28,031 nt of DNA, from positions 1 to 28,031 of the IMG/VR virus record IMGVR_UViG_3300038974_000468; one strand, given 5' to 3'. The notes under the pieces are model-generated. The model was not told where the DNA came from, ran no database searches, and saw nothing but the letters and a program-made list of their open reading frames with translations. The translations under genes and the position numbers were made by a program. The stretch is from a virus (lineage: Duplodnaviria; Caudoviricetes). Of the stretch, positions 1 through 8,392 are shown piece after piece (position 1 is the first letter of the stretch; each line of letters opens with the position of its first letter).

Positions 1-4
1 GGCA

Positions 5-30
5 AGAAAAAAGAGCCTCGTCAGAGACTC
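5..30 (-). terminator. Rho-independent terminator after the leftmost ORF
   Basis: Minus strand GAGTCTC-TGAC-GAGGCTC followed by TTTTTT directly after the stop at 31. Confidence 0.7.
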
Positions 31-366
31 CTATGGTTCGGTGCCTAATATGTATGCAGCCAATATTACATAACCTCTGCGGTCTGGGAGAACCAACACA
101 CCGTCATGGCTGCCGCGCTGACGGATTAGCAGGCAGTGAAGCACGCCGCCTGCATCTTTTCCGCAAAGGCCGGCATTATCCTCCAGATATTGGCGCTCAA
201 CGCAGAAATCCGTAATAAAGTTCTCATAATCGATTCTGGCAAGCGTTATGGTCTTCGCAATTGAGTAGGACTGTTGATCGCTCCAGAGGTAAGGACGCCT
301 CAGGTCTTCCAGGCGGGAAGGAAACCGCACAAAATGCGCCCGGCTGTTCACGTACGGTCGTTCCAT
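31..366 (-). CDS. Hypothetical phage-associated protein (resembles DUF6329-type)
   Basis: 111 aa ORF overlapping the upstream ORF end and followed by a terminator; 'HCLLI...DGVLV...GY...AAY' pattern recalls DUF6329 proteins. Confidence 0.55.
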   Translation of the reverse strand: MERPYVNSRAHFVRFPSRLEDLRRPYLWSDQQSYSIAKTITLARIDYENFITDFCVERQYLEDNAGLCGKDAGGVLHCLLIRQRGSHDGVLVLPDRRGYVILAAYILGTEP

Positions 367-623
367 CCCAGCAGGAACCGTACCGCATCATGGAATCCTG
401 CCCGGTAATAGTAACGCATTTCCTCTCCGGTCTGCCGACTGAGCGCGTCTTCCAGTTCGCGCCAAAGCGAAAACTGCGATTCCATAAGCGTTTCTTCCAG
501 CTTTTTCGCACAGCACCCCACTTCCGTTATGGTTTCCGCCACATAAGCGGGCGCATCTGCCCCAAGGTCATCCATTCTCTGCGTGATAAAGTCCTCAATT
601 GCTCTGTAAAGTTTTTCATTCAT
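348..623 (-). CDS. Hypothetical helical protein (91 aa, MNEKLYRAIEDF...)
   Basis: Start placed at ATG 623 after AAAGGTGGGG RBS; C-terminal YYYRAGFHDAV motif. Confidence 0.6.
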   Translation of the reverse strand: MNEKLYRAIEDFITQRMDDLGADAPAYVAETITEVGCCAKKLEETLMESQFSLWRELEDALSRQTGEEMRYYYRAGFHDAVRFLLGWNDRT

Positions 624-712
624 GGAATTCCCCACCTTTCTTAAGGTGGGTATATCTATCACTCTATATTCGAAAAATAGCAAGTTCATTTCGTATAATA
701 ATCCGTAGAAAA

Positions 713-1834
713 TCAGACGGCCTTTTTGGCCTGTTTTTGTTCATACATCAATCTGTCGACATCCGCCAACGCAGCCTGGACCCTAAAGTAATTGTCGAAT
801 ACCTTCGAGCCGATGCTACATTCCAGCCGATACGGTTTATGTGAGGTTTGGTTATACCCTTCGAGGGCGGATTCGATTTTTCGCTTAATGGCCTGCAAGT
901 CCTCCTGCCCGCCCACAGACGCCACAATAACAAATTCATCCCCGCCCAAGCGCGCGAAAACATCGCTTTTCCGGAGTTGTGAGCGGACAATTTCCGAGAA
1001 TGCACGAAGTGCCGCGTCGCCCTCTAGATGACCGTACCGATCATTGATGGCTTTGAATTCGTCAAGATCCAGAAACAAAATACCTATAGGTTCCTTTCGG
1101 CATTTTCCGGCCATCTTGCTGAAATGCTGGCCAAAAGATAATCTTGTCAACGCACCGGTCAGACTGTCAATCTGAATCATTCGCTCCTGCAAATACATAT
1201 ACATGATCATTAAAGAGCCAGCTGTCAGGCTCCACATCAGCAGAACGCCGCAAAAAAGCACCTGAAGCGCGCCGCCAAGAAGCGGAAACAGATAGATGGA
1301 GCCCAGAAGCGTAAAATCCCCGCGCAACTGCGTGCTTCTATGGCGAACCAATACAACGAAGCCCATGAGCAAACAACCCGCGGTAATCATCAAAAACACG
1401 GGGAACAACGGACCACGATGATAAACATTGCTATCATCAATAAAAAACAACCAATGGAAGTGCGCAGAAAAAAGTGCCATGCCAAGGCTGACACTTACAG
1501 GAAACCAGCAAATCGACATCAAGCGGTTCGATTGACAGCCGTCGTCCGTCAGGGCGCGTGCAAGCAGAACCCAGAGCCACGCTAGGACTGGCGGCAGCAT
1601 GTACAGCATGGTAAAAAGAATTTGCAGCAGGTTTTTTACCCAGGCAGAGGACCGGCCATCCAGAACACAAACGAGCGCTTCAAGGAACAGGGCCGCCAGC
1701 ACGAGACGGCAAGCCCCTATGAATAATTTATAAAATTGATCACGCTTTTCAAGTCGGCGGTTTGCAACGCGAACAACAGTAGCCAAAAGTATAAAGGCAA
1801 CAAGGTTGCCTGAGATTTGCATCAATACTTTCAA
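713..1834 (-). CDS. Membrane-bound diguanylate cyclase (GGDEF domain)
   Basis: About 6-7 hydrophobic N-terminal helices; DSLTG, DLDEFKAINDRYGHLEGD and ARLGGDEF motifs; TTG start with AAGGAG RBS. Confidence 0.93.
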   Translation of the reverse strand: MKVLMQISGNLVAFILLATVVRVANRRLEKRDQFYKLFIGACRLVLAALFLEALVCVLDGRSSAWVKNLLQILFTMLYMLPPVLAWLWVLLARALTDDGCQSNRLMSICWFPVSVSLGMALFSAHFHWLFFIDDSNVYHRGPLFPVFLMITAGCLLMGFVVLVRHRSTQLRGDFTLLGSIYLFPLLGGALQVLFCGVLLMWSLTAGSLMIMYMYLQERMIQIDSLTGALTRLSFGQHFSKMAGKCRKEPIGILFLDLDEFKAINDRYGHLEGDAALRAFSEIVRSQLRKSDVFARLGGDEFVIVASVGGQEDLQAIKRKIESALEGYNQTSHKPYRLECSIGSKVFDNYFRVQAALADVDRLMYEQKQAKKAV

Positions 1835-1887
1835 ACACGGGTACTCCTTCCTTAATTCAGCGTACTTAAAATAAGTACATTTTCAAC

Positions 1888-1916
1888 ATTATAGCTCATT
1901 TTGTACTTAAAATCAA
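1888..1916 (-). promoter_or_regulatory. Sigma-A promoter for the GGDEF gene
   Basis: Minus strand TTGATT(1916-1911)-N17-TATAAT(1893-1888). Confidence 0.6.
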
Positions 1917-1962
1917 CTCATACTATCTTTAATAAAGTATAAGTTGAGATTGGAGTGCCGTC

Positions 1963-2148
1963 ATGGAAAAAAACAAGCATTTGGGTATTCGGATTGACGA
2001 CGAACTGCATTACAAGCTCCATTATGTTGCCAAATACGACGGACGTTCGGCTAACGGTGAGATTCTGTATCTGCTTCGCAAATATATCGCCGAATTTGAA
2101 GAAAAGAACGGTGAAATTGTCATCCCGGAAAATCCGAAGGAACAGTAA
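1963..2148 (+). CDS. Arc/ribbon-helix-helix DNA-binding protein
   Basis: 61 aa; alternating beta strand HLGIRI, then 'AKYDGRSANGEILYLL' matching the Arc-type GRSxNxEI pattern; GGAG RBS. Confidence 0.82.
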   Translation: MEKNKHLGIRIDDELHYKLHYVAKYDGRSANGEILYLLRKYIAEFEEKNGEIVIPENPKEQ

Positions 2149-2186
2149 ACAAAAAAAAACCAATGCAAAGGCGCTGAAAAATATGG

Positions 2187-3416
2187 CTACGAATGTTTCT
2201 TCAGCGCCTTATCGCAGGGGATCGTTTCTCCATCCCTTATCAGAAAAACTCCGTCCGTGTTCCCGGTCTGCCCGATATACCGTTTCACGATAACATCGGC
2301 ATAGCGCTCATCCAACTCGATCATATAGCAAATGCGTCCCGTCTGCTCACAGGCAATGAGAGTACTGCCGCTGCCGCCGAATGGGTCAAGCACAATGTTG
2401 TTTGTCAGCGAGCTGTTCACCATCGGATAGGCGCACAGCGCCACAGGTTTCATGGTAGGATGATGTTTGCTTTTTGTTGGCCGGTCAAAGTTCCATGTCG
2501 TCCGCTGCTTGCGGTCGGCATACCAGTTGTGACCGGCTGTTGGCTTCCAGCCCACAAGAATAGGTTCATGGTTGTATTGATAATCGCAGCGCCCCAAGAC
2601 CGGTGTATTCTTTATCCATATACAGGTCTGATGACAGAAGAAGCCTGCTTCCGTAAATGCTGTCCTGAAATTGACTGTCTCACGATCAGCGTGGAAAACA
2701 TAAATGCCGCCACCGTCTACCAACGCATCATACATACACCGATATGCCGAGAGCAGGAATGCGTGGAACTTGGTACTTTCCATATTGTCATTTTTAAGTT
2801 TTCCCGCAGTGCCTTTATAGTCCACGTTGTATGGTGGGTCAGTAATCACGAGATTTGCTTGCTGACCGTCCAGCAGCTTTTTATATGTTTCCGCTTTCGT
2901 AGCATCGCCGCAGATAAGGCGGTGCCGTCCAAGCAGCCAGATGTCTCCCTGCTTAGAAATGGGCGTTTCAGGTAATGGCTCGTCAAAATCATCCTCTTTG
3001 ATACCTCCGACTATACTATCCCTGAACAACGCATCCATCTCTGCAGCGTCGAAACCCGTAAGAGATACATCAAAGCCACTTGCACCGATATCCTTCAAAA
3101 GGTCGGTCAAAAGCGGGATATCGAACTCGCCAGATATCTTGTTGAGCGCCACATTTAAGGCTTTTTCCTTTTGCTCATCGATGTCCAGCACCACGCAATC
3201 CACATCGGTATATCCGAGTGCCACCAATACTTTGTACCGTTGATGGCCACCCACAATATTGCCCGTGCGTTTATTCCATATGATAGGCTCAACATAACCG
3301 AACTCCTCAATGGAGCGGCGCAGCTTTTCATATTCAGCATCACCGGGTTTAAGGTCTTTTCGCGGATTGTATGCTGAAGGGTTTAACTTCTCAATTGATA
3401 ATTTCTGTATATCCAT
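2187..3416 (-). CDS. ParB-N domain + N6A/N4C DNA methyltransferase (DPPY)
   Basis: N-terminal YNPR...GGHQR ParB-like domain; ITDPPY catalytic motif, HPTMKP, and LDPFGGSGST SAM-binding motif (beta-class order). Confidence 0.92.
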   Translation of the reverse strand: MDIQKLSIEKLNPSAYNPRKDLKPGDAEYEKLRRSIEEFGYVEPIIWNKRTGNIVGGHQRYKVLVALGYTDVDCVVLDIDEQKEKALNVALNKISGEFDIPLLTDLLKDIGASGFDVSLTGFDAAEMDALFRDSIVGGIKEDDFDEPLPETPISKQGDIWLLGRHRLICGDATKAETYKKLLDGQQANLVITDPPYNVDYKGTAGKLKNDNMESTKFHAFLLSAYRCMYDALVDGGGIYVFHADRETVNFRTAFTEAGFFCHQTCIWIKNTPVLGRCDYQYNHEPILVGWKPTAGHNWYADRKQRTTWNFDRPTKSKHHPTMKPVALCAYPMVNSSLTNNIVLDPFGGSGSTLIACEQTGRICYMIELDERYADVIVKRYIGQTGNTDGVFLIRDGETIPCDKALKKHS

Positions 3417-3417
3417 A

Positions 3418-4716
3418 TCATACCTCCAGCTTTACAGCAGTCTCACCGGTGAATGTCTCCCAGCGCTTTACAATGAGGTCACAATAGACCGGCGAAATTT
3501 CCATCGCATAGCACCTGCGTTCGGTCTGTTCACAGGCGATGAGCGTCGTTCCACAGCCCGCGAAAGGTTCAAGTACCACGCCGCCACGGTCAGAATGCAT
3601 TTTAATGCATCGCCACGGCAACTCGACAGGAAACATAGCGGGGTGATCTTTATTGGCTCGCACGGTAGATATTTCCCAAATTCCGGCATAGCCCCATTTT
3701 TTACGCTCATCCTTGGTGAGCCGCTTCACAAACTTATAGGAATGGCCGGCGAATGCCGAAACCCAGGCAAACTCTTGGTCGTTGTATTCATCAGTTTCCT
3801 GCGCAGCCAGCGCCGTGATATATTCGTACTGCTGCACCGGTTTATTTGTCACAAGGTGATAGGGTGAATTACCGAAGTTCATGCCTTGCTTTTTCCAAAT
3901 GCGAATCCAGATAGGACGAAAGCCGTTGTCACCAAAAAGCCCAATGCTATACATTTCGGTTGGTTCAATAAACTGGGTACCTGTGGCATATAGGTCTCCG
4001 ATGTTCCAACAGACGATATCTGCATTTTTACAGATGTTCTTTATAGCGGGGCGCATAGTTTCAAACCACGGTTCGATCCCGGCTTTTTCATATTCTTTTC
4101 CGACGCCGTATGGAGGAGAGGTAACTGCGCACTGAGCGTGGGCACCGTCCATCAGATGGTCGAAATCCACCTCGCTGGTACTGTCGCCGCACAAAAGCCG
4201 ATGCTGTCCAAGCAGCCAGAGATCTCCTGAATGAGTTCGTGTTTCGCCAGCAGCTTCAATGGCTTCCTTTTCTTTGTATACGTTGAAGTCATCCTGTATG
4301 GCTTCTTTCGAGTAAAATTTATTTAAGAGCGCGTCTACTTCGTCAGCATCGAAGCCTGTTAGGGATACGTCAAATGTAGATGCGTCAAACTCTGCCATGA
4401 GCGATGCCAGCTTTGCTTCGTCCCAATCGCCCTGTATTTTATTAAGTGCAAGGTTAAGAGCCTTTTCACGTTTGTCATCAAGCTCAACAATCACGCAGTC
4501 GATTTCCGTCTGCCCAAGGTCGAGTAGCACTTTCAACCGCTGGTGACCTCCAACCACGTTACCGGTGGTCTTATTCCAGATGATCGGTTCCACATAACCG
4601 AACTCCGCAATAGAGCGCTTGAGCTTTTCGTATTCCTTGTCACCTGGCTTCAGGTCTTTTCGTGGGTTATATGCAGCTGGATTGAGCTTTGCCGCGGGTA
4701 TCTTTTCAATCAGCAT
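3418..4716 (-). CDS. ParB-N domain + DNA methyltransferase (SPPY, possibly N4-cytosine)
   Basis: Same ParB-like N-terminus; VTSPPY, HPAMFP and LEPFAGCGTT motifs. Confidence 0.9.
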   Translation of the reverse strand: MLIEKIPAAKLNPAAYNPRKDLKPGDKEYEKLKRSIAEFGYVEPIIWNKTTGNVVGGHQRLKVLLDLGQTEIDCVIVELDDKREKALNLALNKIQGDWDEAKLASLMAEFDASTFDVSLTGFDADEVDALLNKFYSKEAIQDDFNVYKEKEAIEAAGETRTHSGDLWLLGQHRLLCGDSTSEVDFDHLMDGAHAQCAVTSPPYGVGKEYEKAGIEPWFETMRPAIKNICKNADIVCWNIGDLYATGTQFIEPTEMYSIGLFGDNGFRPIWIRIWKKQGMNFGNSPYHLVTNKPVQQYEYITALAAQETDEYNDQEFAWVSAFAGHSYKFVKRLTKDERKKWGYAGIWEISTVRANKDHPAMFPVELPWRCIKMHSDRGGVVLEPFAGCGTTLIACEQTERRCYAMEISPVYCDLIVKRWETFTGETAVKLEV

Positions 4717-5869
4717 ATTTCTCAGCCGCCTTTCTTAACTCCTTATAACAATCCACGTTTTCCCACGGAAAGAGACAGGAATTGAAATGACCATATGCCG
4801 CCGTGCTTTCATATATGGCTGTACGCAAACGCAGCTTTTCAATGATAGCGGCAGGACGCAAATTAAAGACTTCCTGCACAATCAATGTAAGCTGCTCATC
4901 TGTCAGTTTGCTTGTTCCAAATGAAGTGACCGCCACTGCCACGGGACTTGCCTTACCGATGGCATAAGAAAGAGCGACCTCGCATCTTTCAGCTAAGTCG
5001 CTCCACACAATGTTCTTCGCGATATACCGTGCCATATATGCACCGCTGCGGTCAACCTTCGTCGGATCTTTGCCGCAAAGGGCTCCGCCGCCGTGAGACG
5101 CAAGACCACCATAAGTATCCACCATGATTTTTCTGCCCGTCAGTCCTGTGTCAGCAGCGGGGCCGCCCTCTACGAAACGCCCGCTGGGGTTAATGAGTAT
5201 TTCGGTATCATCGTCCATTGGGAAATCCTCAAAGCATTGCCACAAGACATTATTCATAATATCCGTGCGCAGCTGCTCCTGCGTTCTATTCGCCTCATGC
5301 TGAACAGAAATCACCACAGCTTTCACACGTTTGGGTTTACCATCTTCATATTCGACAGTAACCTGACACTTGCCGTCCGGTAGAATGCCTTTGATGAGTT
5401 TACCTTCGCGGCATTCATCAATGCGCTTGGCAATGCGATGCGAGAGCACTAGCGGCAAAGGCAAATACTCTCGCGTTTCCTTTGTTGCGTACCCGTATAC
5501 TGTGCCTTGGTCACCTGCGCCGACAGATCCGTAAGGATCGCATATGCCGTTTCGCGCTTCAATTGCCGTATCCACACCGGCTGCGATATCCGCACTCTGT
5601 CGATGAACGAATACGAACACAGTAAACTTCCAAGGATTATACCCGACCTCGCGCAGGACATTTCGCACGATAAACCGAATATCCACTTTTTCGCTACAGG
5701 TGATTTCGCCCGCTACGATAATTTTGCCCTTAGTCGCCATAACCTCGCAAGCTACGCGAGAAGCTCTGTCCTTTCTGAGACAAGCATCCAAGATATTGTC
5801 GGCAATCAGATCGCAGAGTTTATCCGGATGTCCTTTGCATACACTTTCTGCTGTTTTGTAAGTTGTCAT
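4706..5869 (-). CDS. metK: S-adenosylmethionine synthetase
   Basis: ESVxxGHPDK, GAGDQG, GRKIMVDTYG and GGGALCGKDPTKVDRS signatures; 387 aa. Confidence 0.97.
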   Translation of the reverse strand: MTTYKTAESVCKGHPDKLCDLIADNILDACLRKDRASRVACEVMATKGKIIVAGEITCSEKVDIRFIVRNVLREVGYNPWKFTVFVFVHRQSADIAAGVDTAIEARNGICDPYGSVGAGDQGTVYGYATKETREYLPLPLVLSHRIAKRIDECREGKLIKGILPDGKCQVTVEYEDGKPKRVKAVVISVQHEANRTQEQLRTDIMNNVLWQCFEDFPMDDDTEILINPSGRFVEGGPAADTGLTGRKIMVDTYGGLASHGGGALCGKDPTKVDRSGAYMARYIAKNIVWSDLAERCEVALSYAIGKASPVAVAVTSFGTSKLTDEQLTLIVQEVFNLRPAAIIEKLRLRTAIYESTAAYGHFNSCLFPWENVDCYKELRKAAEKYAD

Positions 5870-5887
5870 TTCACATTCCTCCGTTTA

Positions 5888-6442
5888 TTATAGTGCGCCC
5901 CGACGGGCATTGAGTAACTTTTCCATTGCATCGTCTTGAGGTGTTACACCGCGATATTCTGTTGTGCAGTTTTCCCGTACCACCTGATAAATCTGGAACC
6001 AGATGTTGTTGGCCTGCTTCATGAAATTTTGAGACATTGAAACATAGGGGGACGGAATAGCATTGCCGGTGGTGGGGTGCTTAGCAAGGAAGCCAAACTC
6101 ACTGATTGCCTGCTCGCACTGGATCCACCGTGCCACACTCTGAGCGTATTGTTCTATAAGCTGAGTAGTTACTAACTGTGCGCACCCCCGCTCCTTGAGC
6201 CATTGCCATGTATTGTTGAAAATCTCCGCCGCCAGTGTTGTGGAACCGTCTTTCTGTTTCGCGGTAAGATAGCCTCGTGGTTTTGGCATTGATTCTCCGG
6301 TAAGCTCCGTCATGTCTGTAAAGTCCATGATGGTCAACTTCCGATTACCGGGATTGCCATCTAAAATTTTGTCGGCGAGGGCTTTCTTTTTTTGCCCTGA
6401 GCCGATTCTTGCACCACCTCTGTTGGTGCCGTCTTTTGCCAT
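5888..6442 (-). CDS. terS: Phage terminase small subunit, P27 family
   Basis: MAKDGTNRGGAR...GNPG N-terminus, 'IEQYAQSVARWIQCE' and 'PSPYV'; follows an HNH gene; RBS AGGAAGGAG before ATG 6442. Confidence 0.85.
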   Translation of the reverse strand: MAKDGTNRGGARIGSGQKKKALADKILDGNPGNRKLTIMDFTDMTELTGESMPKPRGYLTAKQKDGSTTLAAEIFNNTWQWLKERGCAQLVTTQLIEQYAQSVARWIQCEQAISEFGFLAKHPTTGNAIPSPYVSMSQNFMKQANNIWFQIYQVVRENCTTEYRGVTPQDDAMEKLLNARRGAL

Positions 6443-6633
6443 ATTTATCACACTCCTTCCTGATGGGGGATATTAGCCGTTTGAAACTGCGATTTCTCGC
6501 ACGAAGCCCCACGCCGCTGTCCGCTTTTAAAAGTTTTGAGGATTTAGATGCCCCCACCGGGGCAAAGACCGAGTGAATATATTTTCGATCAAAGTGATTA
6601 TGTTTTGGTCTGTATCACATTTTGCTACAGACC

Positions 6634-6993
6634 TCACCGGTCGTGCCAGCGGTCGCCGGACTCCGCTGTGATGCGGGAGTGGCAGCTATGACACAGCGCC
6701 ATGAGATTGCTCTCGGCATTGGTACCGCCGCGAGATAGCGGAAGCATATGGTGTACTTCCTCGGCGGGTGTCAGCCGACCAGCCTTCTTGCATTCTTCGC
6801 AGAGTGGGTGCGCTTTGATGAAGCGGTCTCGGATACGCTTCCACGCACGACCATACCTTTTATTTGTCTCCGGCTCACGCTGGAAATGGTTGTAATGATA
6901 ATCCGCCTGTCGCTGATGCTCCGGGCAGTAAAGACCGCTCGTCAGCTTCGGGCAGCCGGGGTGCTGGCACGGTCGCTGCGGTTTTCTGGGCAT
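6634..6993 (-). CDS. HNH endonuclease (terminase-associated, HK97 gp74-like)
   Basis: CxxPGC...YCxEH zinc motif, LCEEC, EVHH...GG...NLMALCHSCH; located immediately upstream of terS. Confidence 0.92.
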   Translation of the reverse strand: MPRKPQRPCQHPGCPKLTSGLYCPEHQRQADYHYNHFQREPETNKRYGRAWKRIRDRFIKAHPLCEECKKAGRLTPAEEVHHMLPLSRGGTNAESNLMALCHSCHSRITAESGDRWHDR

Positions 6994-7014
6994 GATGTCA
7001 CCTCCTTGAGGGCA

Positions 7015-7049
7015 TAAGAAAAGCCCTGCGGGATTGCTCCCACAAGGCT
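7015..7049 (-). terminator. Rho-independent terminator-like hairpin
   Basis: Minus strand AGCCTTGTGGGA-GCAA-TCCCGCAGGGCT-TTTCTT (G-U pairs favour the minus strand). Confidence 0.7.
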
Positions 7050-7070
7050 CTCTCGGATTCTGTTTTCCTG

Positions 7071-7111
7071 ATTATATACTACCACAAAGGACTACATGAC
7101 AAACAGTGACA
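7071..7111 (-). promoter_or_regulatory. Putative late promoter with TGTCA direct repeats (activator site)
   Basis: TATAAT at 7076-7071 without a consensus -35; two TGTCA repeats 10 bp apart (7111-7107, 7101-7097) right after the regulator gene. Confidence 0.5.
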
Positions 7112-7124
7112 TTTACTGCTGAGT

Positions 7125-7529
7125 TTACGGAAGTATGATTTTTTCCGTCGCTTCATCGTGGAGCCGGTACACATGACGCACATTGTAGCCCATGTCCACG
7201 GCAATCTGCTCCCACGTTTTGAAACACAGGTAACGCAGTTCCAACAGCGTCTGATACTCGGTATTGTCCACTGCCTTGATAAGCCTGACCATCTCACGCT
7301 TCAGGTCAACGAGCCGGTCGATGTCGCGGTTGATCTCCGCTTGCAGGTCTACGATTTTACCCACAGCGTCAGCCATTGTGGAGGTGCCGCGATTGGGATT
7401 GCGGGGCATACCCGTGAGCGTCGAGGTGCATTTTGTCGCCAGCTCGTTGAGGGAAGCGACCTGCTCCAGCTTGGAGTTGATGCGCTGGTCGAGGCGGTAC
7501 GCCTGACCGAGATATTCCTTCACCGTCAT
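7125..7529 (-). CDS. Phage late transcriptional regulator (DUF1492 / RinA-ArpU-like)
   Basis: MTVKEYLGQAYRLDQRI start after GGAGG; C-terminal 'LLELRYL...WEQIAVDMGYNVRHVYRLH' sigma-4-like HTH; located before HNH-terS. Confidence 0.85.
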   Translation of the reverse strand: MTVKEYLGQAYRLDQRINSKLEQVASLNELATKCTSTLTGMPRNPNRGTSTMADAVGKIVDLQAEINRDIDRLVDLKREMVRLIKAVDNTEYQTLLELRYLCFKTWEQIAVDMGYNVRHVYRLHDEATEKIILP

Positions 7530-7744
7530 GCTGCCACCTCCGCCTTCAGCTTGCTGATGAGCAGCTCCGGGTCGAGGCGGGTCAGCACTCCAAACCAGCC
7601 GGAACGGAAGAACTGCTCGATGCTCCGGCATTCGTACTGTGCCGAGCGGTTATGTGGGTTGAGCGAGAGGGTGCGCAGCGCCTTGCGGTAGTCCTTCGCC
7701 GCCTGAAGGATGATGGCGTTGGCGAGGTTTTCGTAATTGTTCAT
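7526..7744 (-). CDS. Conserved phage hypothetical protein (NLANAIILQAAKDYR)
   Basis: AAGGAG RBS before ATG 7744; ATGA overlap with the next gene. Confidence 0.75.
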   Translation of the reverse strand: MNNYENLANAIILQAAKDYRKALRTLSLNPHNRSAQYECRSIEQFFRSGWFGVLTRLDPELLISKLKAEVAA

Positions 7745-7846
7745 GAGACACACTCCTTATCTGGATTTTGTAATTCCAGCGAAGCGATGCCGCAGTGTGA
7801 GCATTGTATATGTAAAGCACAGGTGTGTTGTTTTCATAGTCAGTGT

Positions 7847-8131
7847 TCATTGCAGAGAGCCGTTTATCACAGCTCGCACCTCGTCAACCGAACGAACGAC
7901 CGCAGCCGTACCGCCACAGGCGAGGATTTTTCGGATAGTTGCCGCTTGAAGTGCCGTTGTTTTCCCGACCGGCGTCTTCACCTCAAAGGCGAAAAACCTG
8001 CCGTCGATACAGGCGATGATGTCGGGAATACCTGCCGTGCCATACATCCCGCCATGCTCCTTCCAAGCAAAGCACCTTGGCACGGCTTTGAGATAGCGCA
8101 GGATCGCGCTCACGATTTCTTTTTCTGCCAC
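7847..8131 (-). CDS. VRR-NUC domain nuclease
   Basis: 'EKEI...GIPDII...AFEVK...Q' PD-(D/E)xK motif; GTG start with AAGGAG RBS. Confidence 0.9.
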   Translation of the reverse strand: MAEKEIVSAILRYLKAVPRCFAWKEHGGMYGTAGIPDIIACIDGRFFAFEVKTPVGKTTALQAATIRKILACGGTAAVVRSVDEVRAVINGSLQ

Positions 8132-8139
8132 AGTGTACT

Positions 8140-8392
8140 CCTTGTAACTTTTTTGGGGTTTGTAACCGTGTAACTGCCTTTTATAGAGGTCTGCGTATAT
8201 TCACACGCGCACACGCGCTCGCGTATGGAATGAAAGTTGCTCTCGCGTATGTACCTATAGTTTTTTTGAAGCTACAAAGTTACAAAGTCATCCGACTACC
8301 CTGAAATGTGCTCTATATAGCGGCTTTTGGGGCGTAACTTTTCCTGTAACTTCTGTGCTCCGAGAGGCTACATCACGAGCAATTAAGTTACG
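8140..8392. repeat. Cluster of GTAAC/GTTAC repeats, candidate replication origin
   Basis: GTAAC cores near 8144, 8162, 8170, 8334, 8346; inverted GTTAC at 8279 and 8387; GCTAC variants at 8271 and 8367; directly downstream of the primase. Confidence 0.6.

Noticed and set aside
1-6442. Calling the element a satellite or defective phage because large terminase and capsid genes are absent
   Set aside because: The element probably continues left of the window, so absence here is uninformative.
7530-7631. N-terminal extension of the late regulator (and ORF 7650..7850)
   Set aside because: These overlap the 7526..7744 gene in other frames; RBS and ATGA coupling support a start at 7529.
8140-8392. 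CRISPR array
   Set aside because: Repeats are only 5-6 bp, irregularly spaced and in both orientations; no cas genes.
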